The notes under the pieces are model-generated. The model saw only the letters and a program-made list of their open reading frames with translations. It searched no databases and was not told where the DNA came from. This document shows positions 1 through 9,930 of a stretch of 64,000 bases of DNA, piece after piece (the stretch's first letter is position 1; every line of letters starts with the position of its first letter). A program made the translations under genes and the position numbers. The stretch is from Tenericutes bacterium ADurb.BinA124 (GTDB taxonomy: Bacteria > Bacillota_I > Bacilli_A > ML615J-28 > CAG-698): the NCBI GenBank assembly GCA_002068415.1, contig MVZM01000001.1:140597-204596 (forward strand), in the 5' to 3' direction.

Positions 1-561
1 GCCGGTATTCATTTAATTATGGCGACGCAACGACCGTCTACCGATGTTATTAAAGGAACGATTAAAGCTAACATTCAAACGAGAATCGCTTTTGCTGTTA
101 ATTCACAAGTCGATTCGATGACGATTTTGGATAAAACCGGAGCTGATAAACTATTAGGCAAGGGTGACATGCTTTATAGTGACGGTGTCAGTGAAACACG
201 AGTTCAAGGTGCTTTCATTTCACTTGAGGAAATCATTGCGGTAACGGACTATATTAAAGACAACTACGCTCCTAATTTCATGTTCTCGAAGGAAGATCTC
301 GAACAAAAGATGAATTACGAAGAACAAATGGAAGTTGATCCGCGGGAAGATGAGTATTTTGATATTATTGCCCGCTTTGTGGTGGAAAACGACAGTGCTT
401 CCATTAATCGCATTCAAAAGAAGTTTGGTATTGGTTTTAATCGAGCTCAAAGCATCATGAACGGATTGGAAGATTTGGGTGTTGTTTCGGAAGGCTTATC
501 GGGACGACCACGCCGCGTTTTAGTTACCATTGAAGAATTAGAGAGCTTATTAGATCTTTAA
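1..561 (+). CDS. ftsK: DNA translocase FtsK/SpoIIIE, C-terminal part (5' end outside window)
   Basis: Open frame from base 1. C-terminal ATPase tail plus winged-helix gamma domain (…IQKKFGIGFNRAQSIMNGLEDLG…). Confidence 0.8.
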   Translation, partial: AGIHLIMATQRPSTDVIKGTIKANIQTRIAFAVNSQVDSMTILDKTGADKLLGKGDMLYSDGVSETRVQGAFISLEEIIAVTDYIKDNYAPNFMFSKEDLEQKMNYEEQMEVDPREDEYFDIIARFVVENDSASINRIQKKFGIGFNRAQSIMNGLEDLGVVSEGLSGRPRRVLVTIEELESLLDL

Positions 562-574
562 AAAAGGAAAAACT

Positions 575-1360
575 ATGGAAATAACCAAGAAAAAAATGCT
601 CCAAAAAATCATTTCTTTATTAGTATCGGTGTTATTGTTAGTGCTTTTTATGGCTTTAAACCTCATGAAAGTAGCGATAATCAATCCGAAATATGTGATT
701 GTAGTCATTGTTTTGGCGGTTTTGTTTTCCAGTTTTTCTTTGTTATCCAAATATTTTTCGCTAACAAACAAAATTAAGTATTATTTATACCAAATTTTAG
801 ATTTTTTGATGATGATGCATATCGCCTTATTGGTCTTGCAAATCTTTTTTATGTTTGGTTATTTTCCAGCTACCGTTCACAAAAGTTCCATGTTTCCGAC
901 TTTAGCCGATGGCGATGACTTAATTGTTCGTAGTACTGAGGATGTTCATCGTTTTGATATTGTTGTTCTTAAAGTTGATAAGGAAATCAATGATTTGACT
1001 TATTCATCCGGAGTCCTTGATGAGGAATTATTGGTTAAACGCGTTATTGCGCTTGGGGGAGAAACCATGTCTTTTCGGGATGGCAAACTTTACCTTAACG
1101 AAGTTTTAATCGATGAACCCTTTTTAGCTTTTGCCTACCCGGAATTTGATTTACTGTTAGAAGATGTTTGCAAGATTAAGGGGGTTGAGCAATGTCGGCC
1201 CGGACAAACTTGTGTCGTTCCTGCCGATTATGTTTTTGTTTTAGGAGATAATCGTTCCTCGAGCGTTGACAGCCGGGCTTTAGGTCTCTTCCACAAATCA
1301 CAAATCATTGGGGTTGTGAAATACAAGCGAATGGGCTGGCTGGACTGGAGAAAAGTATGA
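575..1360 (+). CDS. lepB: Signal peptidase I with an extended multi-TM N-terminus
   Basis: Catalytic Ser box SSMFPTL and box E VLGDNRSSSVDSR. About 110 aa of N-terminal hydrophobic segments. Confidence 0.75.
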   Translation: MEITKKKMLQKIISLLVSVLLLVLFMALNLMKVAIINPKYVIVVIVLAVLFSSFSLLSKYFSLTNKIKYYLYQILDFLMMMHIALLVLQIFFMFGYFPATVHKSSMFPTLADGDDLIVRSTEDVHRFDIVVLKVDKEINDLTYSSGVLDEELLVKRVIALGGETMSFRDGKLYLNEVLIDEPFLAFAYPEFDLLLEDVCKIKGVEQCRPGQTCVVPADYVFVLGDNRSSSVDSRALGLFHKSQIIGVVKYKRMGWLDWRKV

Positions 1361-2223
1361 TTCAATGGTATCCCGGCCATATGGCGAAAGCCAAAAAGGA
1401 CATTGAAGCCCGCTTGCGGGTAATTGATATTATTTTTGAACTTGTTGATGCTAGGATTCCTTTTTCTTCCAAAAACCCCATGATTGCATCCATGCTTGCC
1501 AACAAACCGAAATTATTATTATTGACGAAAGCTGATTTAGCTGATGCTTATCAAAGCAAAAAATGGGCTCATTATTATGAAAGGGAAGGTTATCAAGTTT
1601 TGGCCATTGATGCCTTATCCGGTTTGAATGTGAAGCGGATTGGAAAATGGGCCAAAGAGGTTTTAGCAGATAAACTGGCGAAAGAAAAAGCTAAGGGTCT
1701 CTTGGAACGACCTTTGCGGGCGATGATTGTCGGCATTCCCAATGTCGGGAAGTCGACCTTAATCAATACGCTTGTGAAAAGAAAAACGACAATGGTTGGT
1801 AATAAACCAGGTGTAACTAAAGCTCAGCAGTGGGTAAGAGTCAATCCTCAATTTGATTTACTCGACACTCCCGGTGTTTTATGGCCTAAGTTTGATGATG
1901 AAAAAGTTGGCCTTCATTTGGCGCTTGCGGGTGCAATTAAAGATGAAGTGCTGGACGTTTTCAAATTAGGTGAGTATTTAATAGCTTTTTTAGGAAATCA
2001 TTATCCACAAGTTTTATGGGAAAAATGGGAAATTACTTCCCCAATGACTTTTGATGCAGTGCTGGAGCAGATTGCGAAAAAAAACGGTTTTATTAAAACG
2101 GATTATCAAGAACGAGTTCTAGATTTAATCATTAAAGAGTTTCGAAGTGGACGCTTGGGGCGCATTACTTTGGATCGTTTTGCCCAATTTAAGCTTGGAA
2201 ACCCCGAGAATGACGAATTATGA
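1357..2223 (+). CDS. rbgA: Ribosome biogenesis GTPase A (YlqF/RbgA)
   Basis: MIQWYPGHMAKAKKDIE… start, circularly permuted GTPase motifs, 4-nt overlap with lepB. Confidence 0.9.
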   Translation: MIQWYPGHMAKAKKDIEARLRVIDIIFELVDARIPFSSKNPMIASMLANKPKLLLLTKADLADAYQSKKWAHYYEREGYQVLAIDALSGLNVKRIGKWAKEVLADKLAKEKAKGLLERPLRAMIVGIPNVGKSTLINTLVKRKTTMVGNKPGVTKAQQWVRVNPQFDLLDTPGVLWPKFDDEKVGLHLALAGAIKDEVLDVFKLGEYLIAFLGNHYPQVLWEKWEITSPMTFDAVLEQIAKKNGFIKTDYQERVLDLIIKEFRSGRLGRITLDRFAQFKLGNPENDEL

Positions 2224-2294
2224 TACCAATCATAATTCTTTTTTATTGAAAACTTAAGAGATATGATACAATAGGATTGTTTAAAGGGATGATT

Positions 2295-2942
2295 ATGGAT
2301 TATAATTTGTACATTTATGAACATCAGTTACAATTAGAAGGCTATCAAGGGATTGTTGGCATTGATGAAGTAGGGCGGGGGCCGATGGCTGGGCCACTTG
2401 TGGCGTGTGCAGTTATGCTGCCCCATGATTACTATTTAGCAGGGCTTGATGATTCCAAAAAAATGTCAGCAAAACAAAGGGAGAAACTATATACGCAATT
2501 GATTAATGAGGCGATTGAATATCATTATCACTTTATTTCTGTGGCGGATGTTGATCGTTTGAATGTCTACCAAGCCAGCAGATTGGCCATGCTTAAGTGT
2601 TTAGCGGCTTTTAAAAATCCGGTTGATGCCGTTTTAACCGATGCCATGCCTCTTGAAGTCCCGTATTTTTGCCTTGATTTAATTAAAGGTGATCAAAAAA
2701 GTGCTTCCATTGCGGCCGCAAGTATTATGGCAAAGGTCATTAGGGACCGCTATATGGAAGAAATGGATCTCATTTATCCACAATATGGCTTTAAAAAGCA
2801 CAAGGGTTATGTCACTAAACAGCATCTTTTAATGCTTGAACAATATGGTCCCTGTGCCCTTCATCGCCAAAGTTTTCAACCCGTAAAAACCGCTTTAGAA
2901 AAAAAACAGGATGATTTTTGTTTTCAAAACCAAAGGAAATAA
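2295..2942 (+). CDS. rnhB: Ribonuclease HII
   Basis: GIDEVGRGPMAGPLV active-site motif. The longest ORF starts at TTG 2277; the ATG at 2295 has better spacing from its ribosome-binding site. Confidence 0.85.
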   Translation: MDYNLYIYEHQLQLEGYQGIVGIDEVGRGPMAGPLVACAVMLPHDYYLAGLDDSKKMSAKQREKLYTQLINEAIEYHYHFISVADVDRLNVYQASRLAMLKCLAAFKNPVDAVLTDAMPLEVPYFCLDLIKGDQKSASIAAASIMAKVIRDRYMEEMDLIYPQYGFKKHKGYVTKQHLLMLEQYGPCALHRQSFQPVKTALEKKQDDFCFQNQRK

Positions 2943-3234
2943 ACTATTTATGAAGTTAGGGAAGGAAACTTGTTTAGAAAAAATTTAATTATCGATTAAC
3001 TATCCGGGTTATTTTAAAAAAACTTCCTTAAACTTGTTTAATCGCTTCCCTTATTCAGAGGGGTGAGAACGGATTTCTTGTTTACCTGCTTATGGTAAGT
3101 TGGCAAGCGATGACGAATGCGGGCGGATAGAACCAAGTAAATTAACTTTTACATCTAAAGAATGTTATTTACTGACTAATAAAGAAGGTGCTTCATCGTT
3201 ATTTTAACGGATTTTTGAATAAAAACGATTTTGT

Positions 3235-3264
3235 TTGACATTTCGATTTTATCAGTGCTATAAT
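3235..3264 (+). promoter_or_regulatory. SigA-type promoter of topA (TTGACA-18-TGcTATAAT)
   Basis: Consensus -35 hexamer TTGACA (3235-3240) and extended -10 TGcTATAAT (3256-3264), 23 nt upstream of the ATG. Confidence 0.5.
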
Positions 3265-3287
3265 CAATGCCATTGAAGGAGAAAATC

Positions 3288-5255
3288 ATGGATAAAAACT
3301 TAGTGATTGTGGAAAGTCCTGCCAAATCACAAACTATTGCTAAATATTTAGGAGAAAACTTTAGGGTTGTTTCCAGTAAAGGCCATATCCGTGATTTGGT
3401 GACACGGGGTTATGGCGGTTTTGGCGTGGATATTGAAAACAATTTTAAACCGATGTACAGCACGATTAGTGGAAAAGCGCCTTTAATCAAGGAATTGAAA
3501 AAACAAGTCAAAGAAGCTAGCAAAGTCTATTTAGCAACCGACCCCGACCGGGAAGGCGAAGCTATTTCTTGGCATTTGTATGATGTCTTGGATTTACAAA
3601 ACAAAGCTTATGAGCGAGTTGTTTTTCATGAAATCACTAAAAATGCGGTGATTAAAGCCCTGGAAAATGGTCGAGAAATTGATATGGATTTAGTTCATTC
3701 CCAAGAATCACGCCGCATTCTTGATCGCATTATCGGGTTTTCGCTTTCAAAGTTATTACAAAAGAAAATCGGATCGCGTTCTGCTGGTCGCGTTCAATCC
3801 GTAGCCTTAAAGCTTATTTGTGATCGGGAAAAAGAAATTCAAGCTTTTGTTCCTGAGGAATATTGGGAAGTTTATTTAGAGTTTATTAAGGATAATAAAC
3901 AATGGAAAGCGAAATTAACCAGCGACCAAAACGGGAAAATATCCCTTGTTAATGAACAGGAAACGAATCATGTTTTAGCCAAGTTAAAGAGTGATTTTAT
4001 TGTTTCCGAAATCCTTACTAAAAATCGTCAAAAAGCCCCAAAACCGCCTTTTATTACCTCAACACTCCAACAGGAAGCGGCTAATTTGTTGAACTTTCCA
4101 GCCAAAAAAACGATGATGATTGCCCAAAAACTCTATGAAGGTCTTGAGTTGGCCCACGAGCGGGTTGGTTTGATTACTTATATGCGCACTGATTCCTTTC
4201 GTTTAAGTCAGGAATTTGTTTTAGAAGCCCAAGATTTTATCATTAAACAATATGGAAAAGACTATTTTCGGGGTCATTTTGTAGGCAAGGCGAAGGGCAA
4301 GAATATTCAAGATGCTCACGAAGCCATTCGTCCGTCATCATTGAAATATCATCCTGATGAGATTAAGAATTATTTAACGAATGATGAATTTAAATTATAT
4401 AAATTGATTTATAACCGCGCTCTAGCTTCGCAAATGAGTGATGCGAAAATTGAAGACACCAAGATTAAAATCGATAACTCCGGGTTCATCTTCGAATTAA
4501 ACGGCGATAAGATTCTTTTTGATGGGTTTCTTAAATTAGATAAAGATGATGATGAGGTTCATCGCGTTCCGGAATTTACTGTGGGTGAACTTTTGAATGA
4601 ACCTAAAGTCTCTTCCGAACAAAAATTTACTTCGCCACCGCTTCGATTTTCGGAAGCTCGTTTAATTAAAAAGATGGAGGAATTGGGAATTGGCCGGCCC
4701 TCCACTTATGCGATTACCGTTGACACCTTGAAACAACGTTATTATGTCACTGTGGAGAAAAAAATGTTTGTTCCAACCGAACAAGGAACTCTTACCTCCA
4801 ATCAGCTTGATCAATTCTTTAGTTCAATTATCAATGTGAAATACACAGCGGCGATGGAAGTAATCCTTGATCAGATTTCCGAAGGCAAAAAAGTTTGGTA
4901 TCAGGAATTGGATCGTTTCTATCAACAGTTTATGCCATTGTTAGATTATGCAAACACCCATATGGAAAAAATCTATCCCGTGTTTGTGGATGAACTTTGC
5001 CCGCAATGCGGCAGTCAATTAGTGCAAAGAAACGGAAGATTTGGTCGCTTTTTAGCTTGTTCTGCTTTTCCTAAATGTCGATATATTAAAAAAGAACCCC
5101 AAGCAGAACCGCTTAACACGGGGGTTTTGTGTCCAAGTTGTGGCGAAGGATATTTAGTCGAACGCCTTTCGAAAAAGGGAAAATTTCGAGGTCAAAAATT
5201 CTATGCTTGCAATCGCTATCCAAAATGCAAAACAGTTCTCAGCAAATTACCTTAA
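3288..5255 (+). CDS. topA: DNA topoisomerase I
   Basis: Toprim start VIVESPAKSQTIAKYLG and C-terminal Zn-ribbon Cys clusters. Start placed at the ATG preceded by GAAGGAG. Confidence 0.9.
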   Translation: MDKNLVIVESPAKSQTIAKYLGENFRVVSSKGHIRDLVTRGYGGFGVDIENNFKPMYSTISGKAPLIKELKKQVKEASKVYLATDPDREGEAISWHLYDVLDLQNKAYERVVFHEITKNAVIKALENGREIDMDLVHSQESRRILDRIIGFSLSKLLQKKIGSRSAGRVQSVALKLICDREKEIQAFVPEEYWEVYLEFIKDNKQWKAKLTSDQNGKISLVNEQETNHVLAKLKSDFIVSEILTKNRQKAPKPPFITSTLQQEAANLLNFPAKKTMMIAQKLYEGLELAHERVGLITYMRTDSFRLSQEFVLEAQDFIIKQYGKDYFRGHFVGKAKGKNIQDAHEAIRPSSLKYHPDEIKNYLTNDEFKLYKLIYNRALASQMSDAKIEDTKIKIDNSGFIFELNGDKILFDGFLKLDKDDDEVHRVPEFTVGELLNEPKVSSEQKFTSPPLRFSEARLIKKMEELGIGRPSTYAITVDTLKQRYYVTVEKKMFVPTEQGTLTSNQLDQFFSSIINVKYTAAMEVILDQISEGKKVWYQELDRFYQQFMPLLDYANTHMEKIYPVFVDELCPQCGSQLVQRNGRFGRFLACSAFPKCRYIKKEPQAEPLNTGVLCPSCGEGYLVERLSKKGKFRGQKFYACNRYPKCKTVLSKLP

Positions 5256-5281
5256 AAAATCGTATTTAATACGGTTTTTTT
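5256..5281 (+). terminator. Rho-independent terminator after topA
   Basis: Hairpin aaatcgta/tacggttt followed by a T-run. Confidence 0.5.
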
Positions 5282-5374
5282 AATTTTGCTTCTTTAAGAA
5301 AAGATTTTACCTTTTAATTTAATGCTTCCTATGTTATAATAAACAAAAGATTATGATTTAAAAAAGAGGTTCAA

Positions 5375-6349
5375 ATGGGATTTTTTGACTTATTTAAAAG
5401 TAAACAAAAACGCCAAGAAGCGGAAAAATATCGCATCGGGATGGAAAAAACCCGTAAACATTCTTTATCGAAATTAAAAAGGTTGTTTACTAGTTATAAC
5501 GATGTTACGGAAGAGTTATTTGATGAACTCGAAGAAATTTTTGTGATGGCGGATATCGGCGTTGAGACCGTTATTAAGTTCATCGATCAGTTAAAAGAAG
5601 ATGTGCGGACGAAAAAGATTACTTCCGCAAAAGACCTTCAACCGATTATCGTTGATAAAATGTTTGATATTTATTTAAAAGGGGAAATTGTTAACTCCAA
5701 CTTACGGTTTAATCCCCAAGGCGTTTCGGTCTTTTTGTTTGTTGGTGTTAATGGGGTTGGGAAAACGACGACGATTGCGAAAATCGCTCATAAACTGATG
5801 AACGAAGGCAAACGGGTTTTGATTGCGGCCGGAGATACTTTTCGCGCCGGGGCTTTTGAACAACTGCAAATATGGGGCGAGCGTGTTTCCTGTCCCGTTG
5901 TCTCTAAACCCGAGGGCAGTGACCCTTCCAGCGTTATTTACGATGCCATCGTGCAGGCAAAAGCCGAACATTATGATGTTGTGCTCTGTGATACGGCCGG
6001 ACGCTTACAAACTAAAGTCAATTTAATGAAGGAATTGGAAAAAATCAAACGAGTGATTGCTCGCGAAATTCCTGATGCTCCTCAGGATACACTTTTAGTG
6101 ATTGATGCTACCACCGGGCAAAACGGTTTAAATCAAGCCAAAGCGTTTATTGAAGCTACGCAAGTCTCGGGCATTGTTTTAACCAAGCTCGACGGAACGG
6201 CTAAGGGCGGCATCGTTTTAGCAATTCGTGAAAAATATTCCATTCCCATTAAATTTGTTTGTTTAGGGGAAAAATTAGAAGATATCGATTATTTTGATTT
6301 AGAAAAATATGTGTATGGCTTGTTTGCGGAAATGATAGATGAGGAATAA
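5375..6349 (+). CDS. ftsY: Signal recognition particle receptor FtsY
   Basis: SRP GTPase NG domain with GVNGVGKTTT and DTAGR motifs. Confidence 0.9.
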   Translation: MGFFDLFKSKQKRQEAEKYRIGMEKTRKHSLSKLKRLFTSYNDVTEELFDELEEIFVMADIGVETVIKFIDQLKEDVRTKKITSAKDLQPIIVDKMFDIYLKGEIVNSNLRFNPQGVSVFLFVGVNGVGKTTTIAKIAHKLMNEGKRVLIAAGDTFRAGAFEQLQIWGERVSCPVVSKPEGSDPSSVIYDAIVQAKAEHYDVVLCDTAGRLQTKVNLMKELEKIKRVIAREIPDAPQDTLLVIDATTGQNGLNQAKAFIEATQVSGIVLTKLDGTAKGGIVLAIREKYSIPIKFVCLGEKLEDIDYFDLEKYVYGLFAEMIDEE

Positions 6350-6352
6350 AAG

Positions 6353-6673
6353 ATGGATATTTTAGAAAAACATCATCATTATATTCTTTTGTTTGATTTT
6401 TATGGTGCCATTCTAACAAAGAAGCAGCAAGATTATTTTCGTGATTACTATTTTAAAGACGCTTCCTTGGCGGAAATTGCCGCTCAAAATCAAATTAGCC
6501 GTGCTGCGGTCTTTGATCAACTACATCGCGTTCATCAATTATTAGATGAATATGAAGCCAAATTAAAACTGTTTGAAAAATTCCAGTTACGTCATTCTCT
6601 CTATGAGCAATTAGCGAAAACGGCTGATTCCCAAGTTTTAGCCATTATTGAACAATTAAAAGAAATTGAGTAG
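6353..6673 (+). CDS. ylxM: YlxM/UPF0122 small helix-turn-helix protein
   Basis: ILLFDFYGAILTKKQQDYF… matches the YlxM family. Conserved ftsY-ylxM-ffh order. Confidence 0.8.
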   Translation: MDILEKHHHYILLFDFYGAILTKKQQDYFRDYYFKDASLAEIAAQNQISRAAVFDQLHRVHQLLDEYEAKLKLFEKFQLRHSLYEQLAKTADSQVLAIIEQLKEIE

Positions 6674-6681
6674 GTTAGTAT

Positions 6682-8073
6682 ATGCCTTTTGAAAGTTTAT
6701 CTGAAAGAATCCAAATGTCCTTACGCCGGATTACCGGCCGTGGTAAATTAAACGAAAATGATATTGAAGAAATGATGAAAGAAGTCCGCCTTTCCTTGTT
6801 GGAAGCGGATGTCAACTATAAAGTTGTTAAGAGTTTTACTGCCGAATTAAAGCAAAAAGCTTTGGGCGAAAAGATTTTAAAATCGCTTACTCCGGGCGAA
6901 ATGGTTGTGAAAGTCGTTCATGACGAGTTAAAGCGCCTAATGGGTGATGAAGCCGTTTTGGTTAACTATCGCTCCAGCGGGCCTTCCGTTTTTATGTTGG
7001 TGGGTTTGCAAGGCTCGGGGAAGACCACGCAAGTAGGAAAACTAGCCCAATTTTTAAGAAAAAAAGATGGCAAAAAACCTCTTTTGATTGCCGGTGATAT
7101 TTATCGTCCGGCGGCTATTAACCAATTAGAAACGATTGGACGCCAACTGGGGATTGAAGTTTTTCAAATGGGAACAACGACCAAAGTTGTGGACATTGTT
7201 ACCAAAGGGATTGCCTATGCGAAAAGTAAAAGTTATGATTTAGTGATTATTGATACGGCCGGACGCTTGCATATCAACGAAGAAATGATGCAAGAACTCA
7301 ACGATGTGCAAAAAGTAGCTAAACCCGATGAAATTTTATTAGTCATTGATGCCATGATGGGGCAAGATGCCCTCAATGTCATTACGACTTTTAATGAAAA
7401 ATTGCCGATAACGGGATGCATCCTAACCAAGTTAGATGGTGATTCCCGCGGTGGTGCCGCCTTATCCGTTCGTTATTTAACGAAGATTCCGATTAAGTTT
7501 GCGGGAATGGGGGAAAAATTAGACCAAATTGAAATTTTTCATCCCGATCGGATGGCGGGACGGATTCTCGGCATGGGGGATATTGTCACCTTGGTGGAAA
7601 AAGCTTCCGAAAACATCGATGAAGCTGAAGCCATGAAATTGGCCGAACGCATGCAAAAAGGATTGTTTAATTACAATGATTTCATTAAGCAAATCAAGTG
7701 GATTAGAAGAATCGGTTCTTTAAAAGGCATTTTAGGAATGATTCCGGGCCTCGGAAAACAACTAAAAAACATGGAAATTGACGAAAAACAGTTCACTTAT
7801 CTGGAAGCCATCGTTTTATCCATGACACCTGAAGAACGAAAAAATCCGGAAATGTTAACTAAAAGTTTATCAAGGCGGGAACGCTTGTCTCGGGGTTCGG
7901 GTCGACCTTATCCTGAAGTCAATGCTTTGATTAAACGCTTTGAAGATATGAAAACCCAAATGTCGGCGTTTACGAAAATGAGCGAAAATCCGCAAGCCCG
8001 CCCCACAATGCCCAATGTTCAACGCAAAGCAAGCAAGGGTAAAGGCAAAGGTCGAGGTAATTTTCGATTTTGA
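6682..8073 (+). CDS. ffh: Signal recognition particle protein Ffh (SRP54)
   Basis: GLQGSGKTT and DTAGR motifs, M-domain, basic Gly/Lys-rich tail. Confidence 0.95.
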   Translation: MPFESLSERIQMSLRRITGRGKLNENDIEEMMKEVRLSLLEADVNYKVVKSFTAELKQKALGEKILKSLTPGEMVVKVVHDELKRLMGDEAVLVNYRSSGPSVFMLVGLQGSGKTTQVGKLAQFLRKKDGKKPLLIAGDIYRPAAINQLETIGRQLGIEVFQMGTTTKVVDIVTKGIAYAKSKSYDLVIIDTAGRLHINEEMMQELNDVQKVAKPDEILLVIDAMMGQDALNVITTFNEKLPITGCILTKLDGDSRGGAALSVRYLTKIPIKFAGMGEKLDQIEIFHPDRMAGRILGMGDIVTLVEKASENIDEAEAMKLAERMQKGLFNYNDFIKQIKWIRRIGSLKGILGMIPGLGKQLKNMEIDEKQFTYLEAIVLSMTPEERKNPEMLTKSLSRRERLSRGSGRPYPEVNALIKRFEDMKTQMSAFTKMSENPQARPTMPNVQRKASKGKGKGRGNFRF

Positions 8074-8081
8074 GGTGAAAT

Positions 8082-9908
8082 ATGAATTTTAAGGAATTTG
8101 AAGAAAGAATCAGCAATATCAATAACCAGATTTTTGCTTTTTTCATGCAAATTGAGGAAGAGGAGAATAAGCAAATTAATGATGTTTTTCAATCCTTAAA
8201 ACAAAACCTCGATTCCCAAAAAAACATTCTTGTTGATTTTGAAAGGCAACTAAAAGAGGATGATGATCAATATCAAAGTAAAATTGCTGCTTTGGAAAAA
8301 GAAATATTAAATATTGCTAGCGAACCCGAAACTTATTTACATATCTTGGAAGAAAAAAAAGCTTTTCTAAGCCAAAAGAAGAATGATGAACAAAAACGTA
8401 TTTTGGCTTTACAAAGGCGGCGTCGCAGTGAATTTGCCCATCGCATCAACACTCTAAACAAGGAATTGTCGCTTTTATTAAAGGAACATAATAATCAATT
8501 AGAAGAAGAAGAAAAAAACTATAAAGCCAAAGAAACGGAATTAATGCGCCGAATGAATATTGATTTGCAAAAGGCGAATGAAAAAACGGTCAAGGCGTCC
8601 AGCGATTTAGAAAAACAACTTCTTGAAACCAATGATTTAAGCGGGATTGCGGAAATCAAAAAGAAAATTGTAGCCATTCGGACTGAAGGCTTTAAGGAAC
8701 AGGAAAGCATCAAAAACAAATATGAATTTTCCTTTATTGAAAACACCTTGGATTTTAAACGCTTTTACGAAAAGATTTCCTTGGATAATGCTTTAACGCA
8801 AGAAGATTTTGCGGTTAAGATTAAAGCACTCGAAAAACAAAGGAATGATTTAGAATTAGCGGAGCAGCTGGAGTTTGCTTTATTTGGTTTTGAATTGGAT
8901 AAACAATATAACGAATGGGAAAAAGAACAAAATTTACACGCCATTGAATGGCAAATCCAAAATTTTGCTCAACAAATGCTTATTAAAAACCAAATTCAAG
9001 ATGAAAAACATCAATATGATTTGCATCATTTTGAAAATAATAAAAACTATCTTCAAAAAGCTCATGAAGTCGATACCATGCAATTTGCATCATATCGACC
9101 CTTGGAATTATTAATTTCTAATAATATCAAAAAACAATGCGATTGCTTGCTAGAAGGTCTTGCGGACTGCATTGAAATATTCCAAGCCCATTTAATTGCG
9201 ATTGTGGAAAATACTTGGAATTTAAAAAAGAGTTTGCGTAATGATTTATCGAAGTTTTTATTGGTGACCATTAAAAACGAATTGCCGCTCATTGAACCTC
9301 ATTATAGCCATGAATTGACGAAAATTGAGCACTTTTGTTTAGAATATTATAAATTACAAAACAAACGATTTAAAAATTTTTTACGGTCTGTTGCTTCCCA
9401 AGCCCACAATTTACTTCAAGAAGTAAAAGCAACCATGGCTATTTTTAAAAATTACTATCTTGAGGAACAAGCTTACCGAGAAGAAATGGACAAAAAAATG
9501 AATTCGTCGTTATTAAAGAGTTATGAAAATGCTTTGCTTTATTTAGCGGGTGATTATCATCAAGAAGAAAATAACGAAAAAAATTATCATCGCCAAGTCC
9601 AAGACGAAAAGGAAAAACATCGTTTGAGTATGGAATTAAAAAAACAAACGGCGATGAAACTTTATCATGACCAACTAAAAGCCATTGAAGAAAAAAGTAA
9701 AAAGGCGACTTTGGAAAACCAACGATTAGTTGCCGATGAGGAAAACAATTATCAATTATTTATTAAAAATTCCAAACAAAAACAATCAGCTTTTAAACGC
9801 GATTTTAGTGATCATTTAATTCTCCATGAGCGTTCTTTGGATAAACAATATCGTTTGGCTTTACAAAGGAACGAAAAAGAGCGTAAAGCTAAAATCAAAG
9901 CATTATAA
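8082..9908 (+). CDS. 608-aa K/E/Q-rich coiled-coil protein, function unknown
   Basis: Long uninterrupted ORF with heptad-like charged repeats and no enzymatic motif. It sits where rpsP-rimM-trmD-rplS normally follow ffh. Confidence 0.5.
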   Translation: MNFKEFEERISNINNQIFAFFMQIEEEENKQINDVFQSLKQNLDSQKNILVDFERQLKEDDDQYQSKIAALEKEILNIASEPETYLHILEEKKAFLSQKKNDEQKRILALQRRRRSEFAHRINTLNKELSLLLKEHNNQLEEEEKNYKAKETELMRRMNIDLQKANEKTVKASSDLEKQLLETNDLSGIAEIKKKIVAIRTEGFKEQESIKNKYEFSFIENTLDFKRFYEKISLDNALTQEDFAVKIKALEKQRNDLELAEQLEFALFGFELDKQYNEWEKEQNLHAIEWQIQNFAQQMLIKNQIQDEKHQYDLHHFENNKNYLQKAHEVDTMQFASYRPLELLISNNIKKQCDCLLEGLADCIEIFQAHLIAIVENTWNLKKSLRNDLSKFLLVTIKNELPLIEPHYSHELTKIEHFCLEYYKLQNKRFKNFLRSVASQAHNLLQEVKATMAIFKNYYLEEQAYREEMDKKMNSSLLKSYENALLYLAGDYHQEENNEKNYHRQVQDEKEKHRLSMELKKQTAMKLYHDQLKAIEEKSKKATLENQRLVADEENNYQLFIKNSKQKQSAFKRDFSDHLILHERSLDKQYRLALQRNEKERKAKIKAL

Positions 9909-9930
9909 AAAACGCGTTTTATCGCGTTTT
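9907..9930. terminator. Bidirectional hairpin terminator (coiled-coil gene / ruvA)
   Basis: aaaacgcg-ttttat-cgcgtttt perfect stem; overlaps the ruvA stop codon. Confidence 0.5.
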
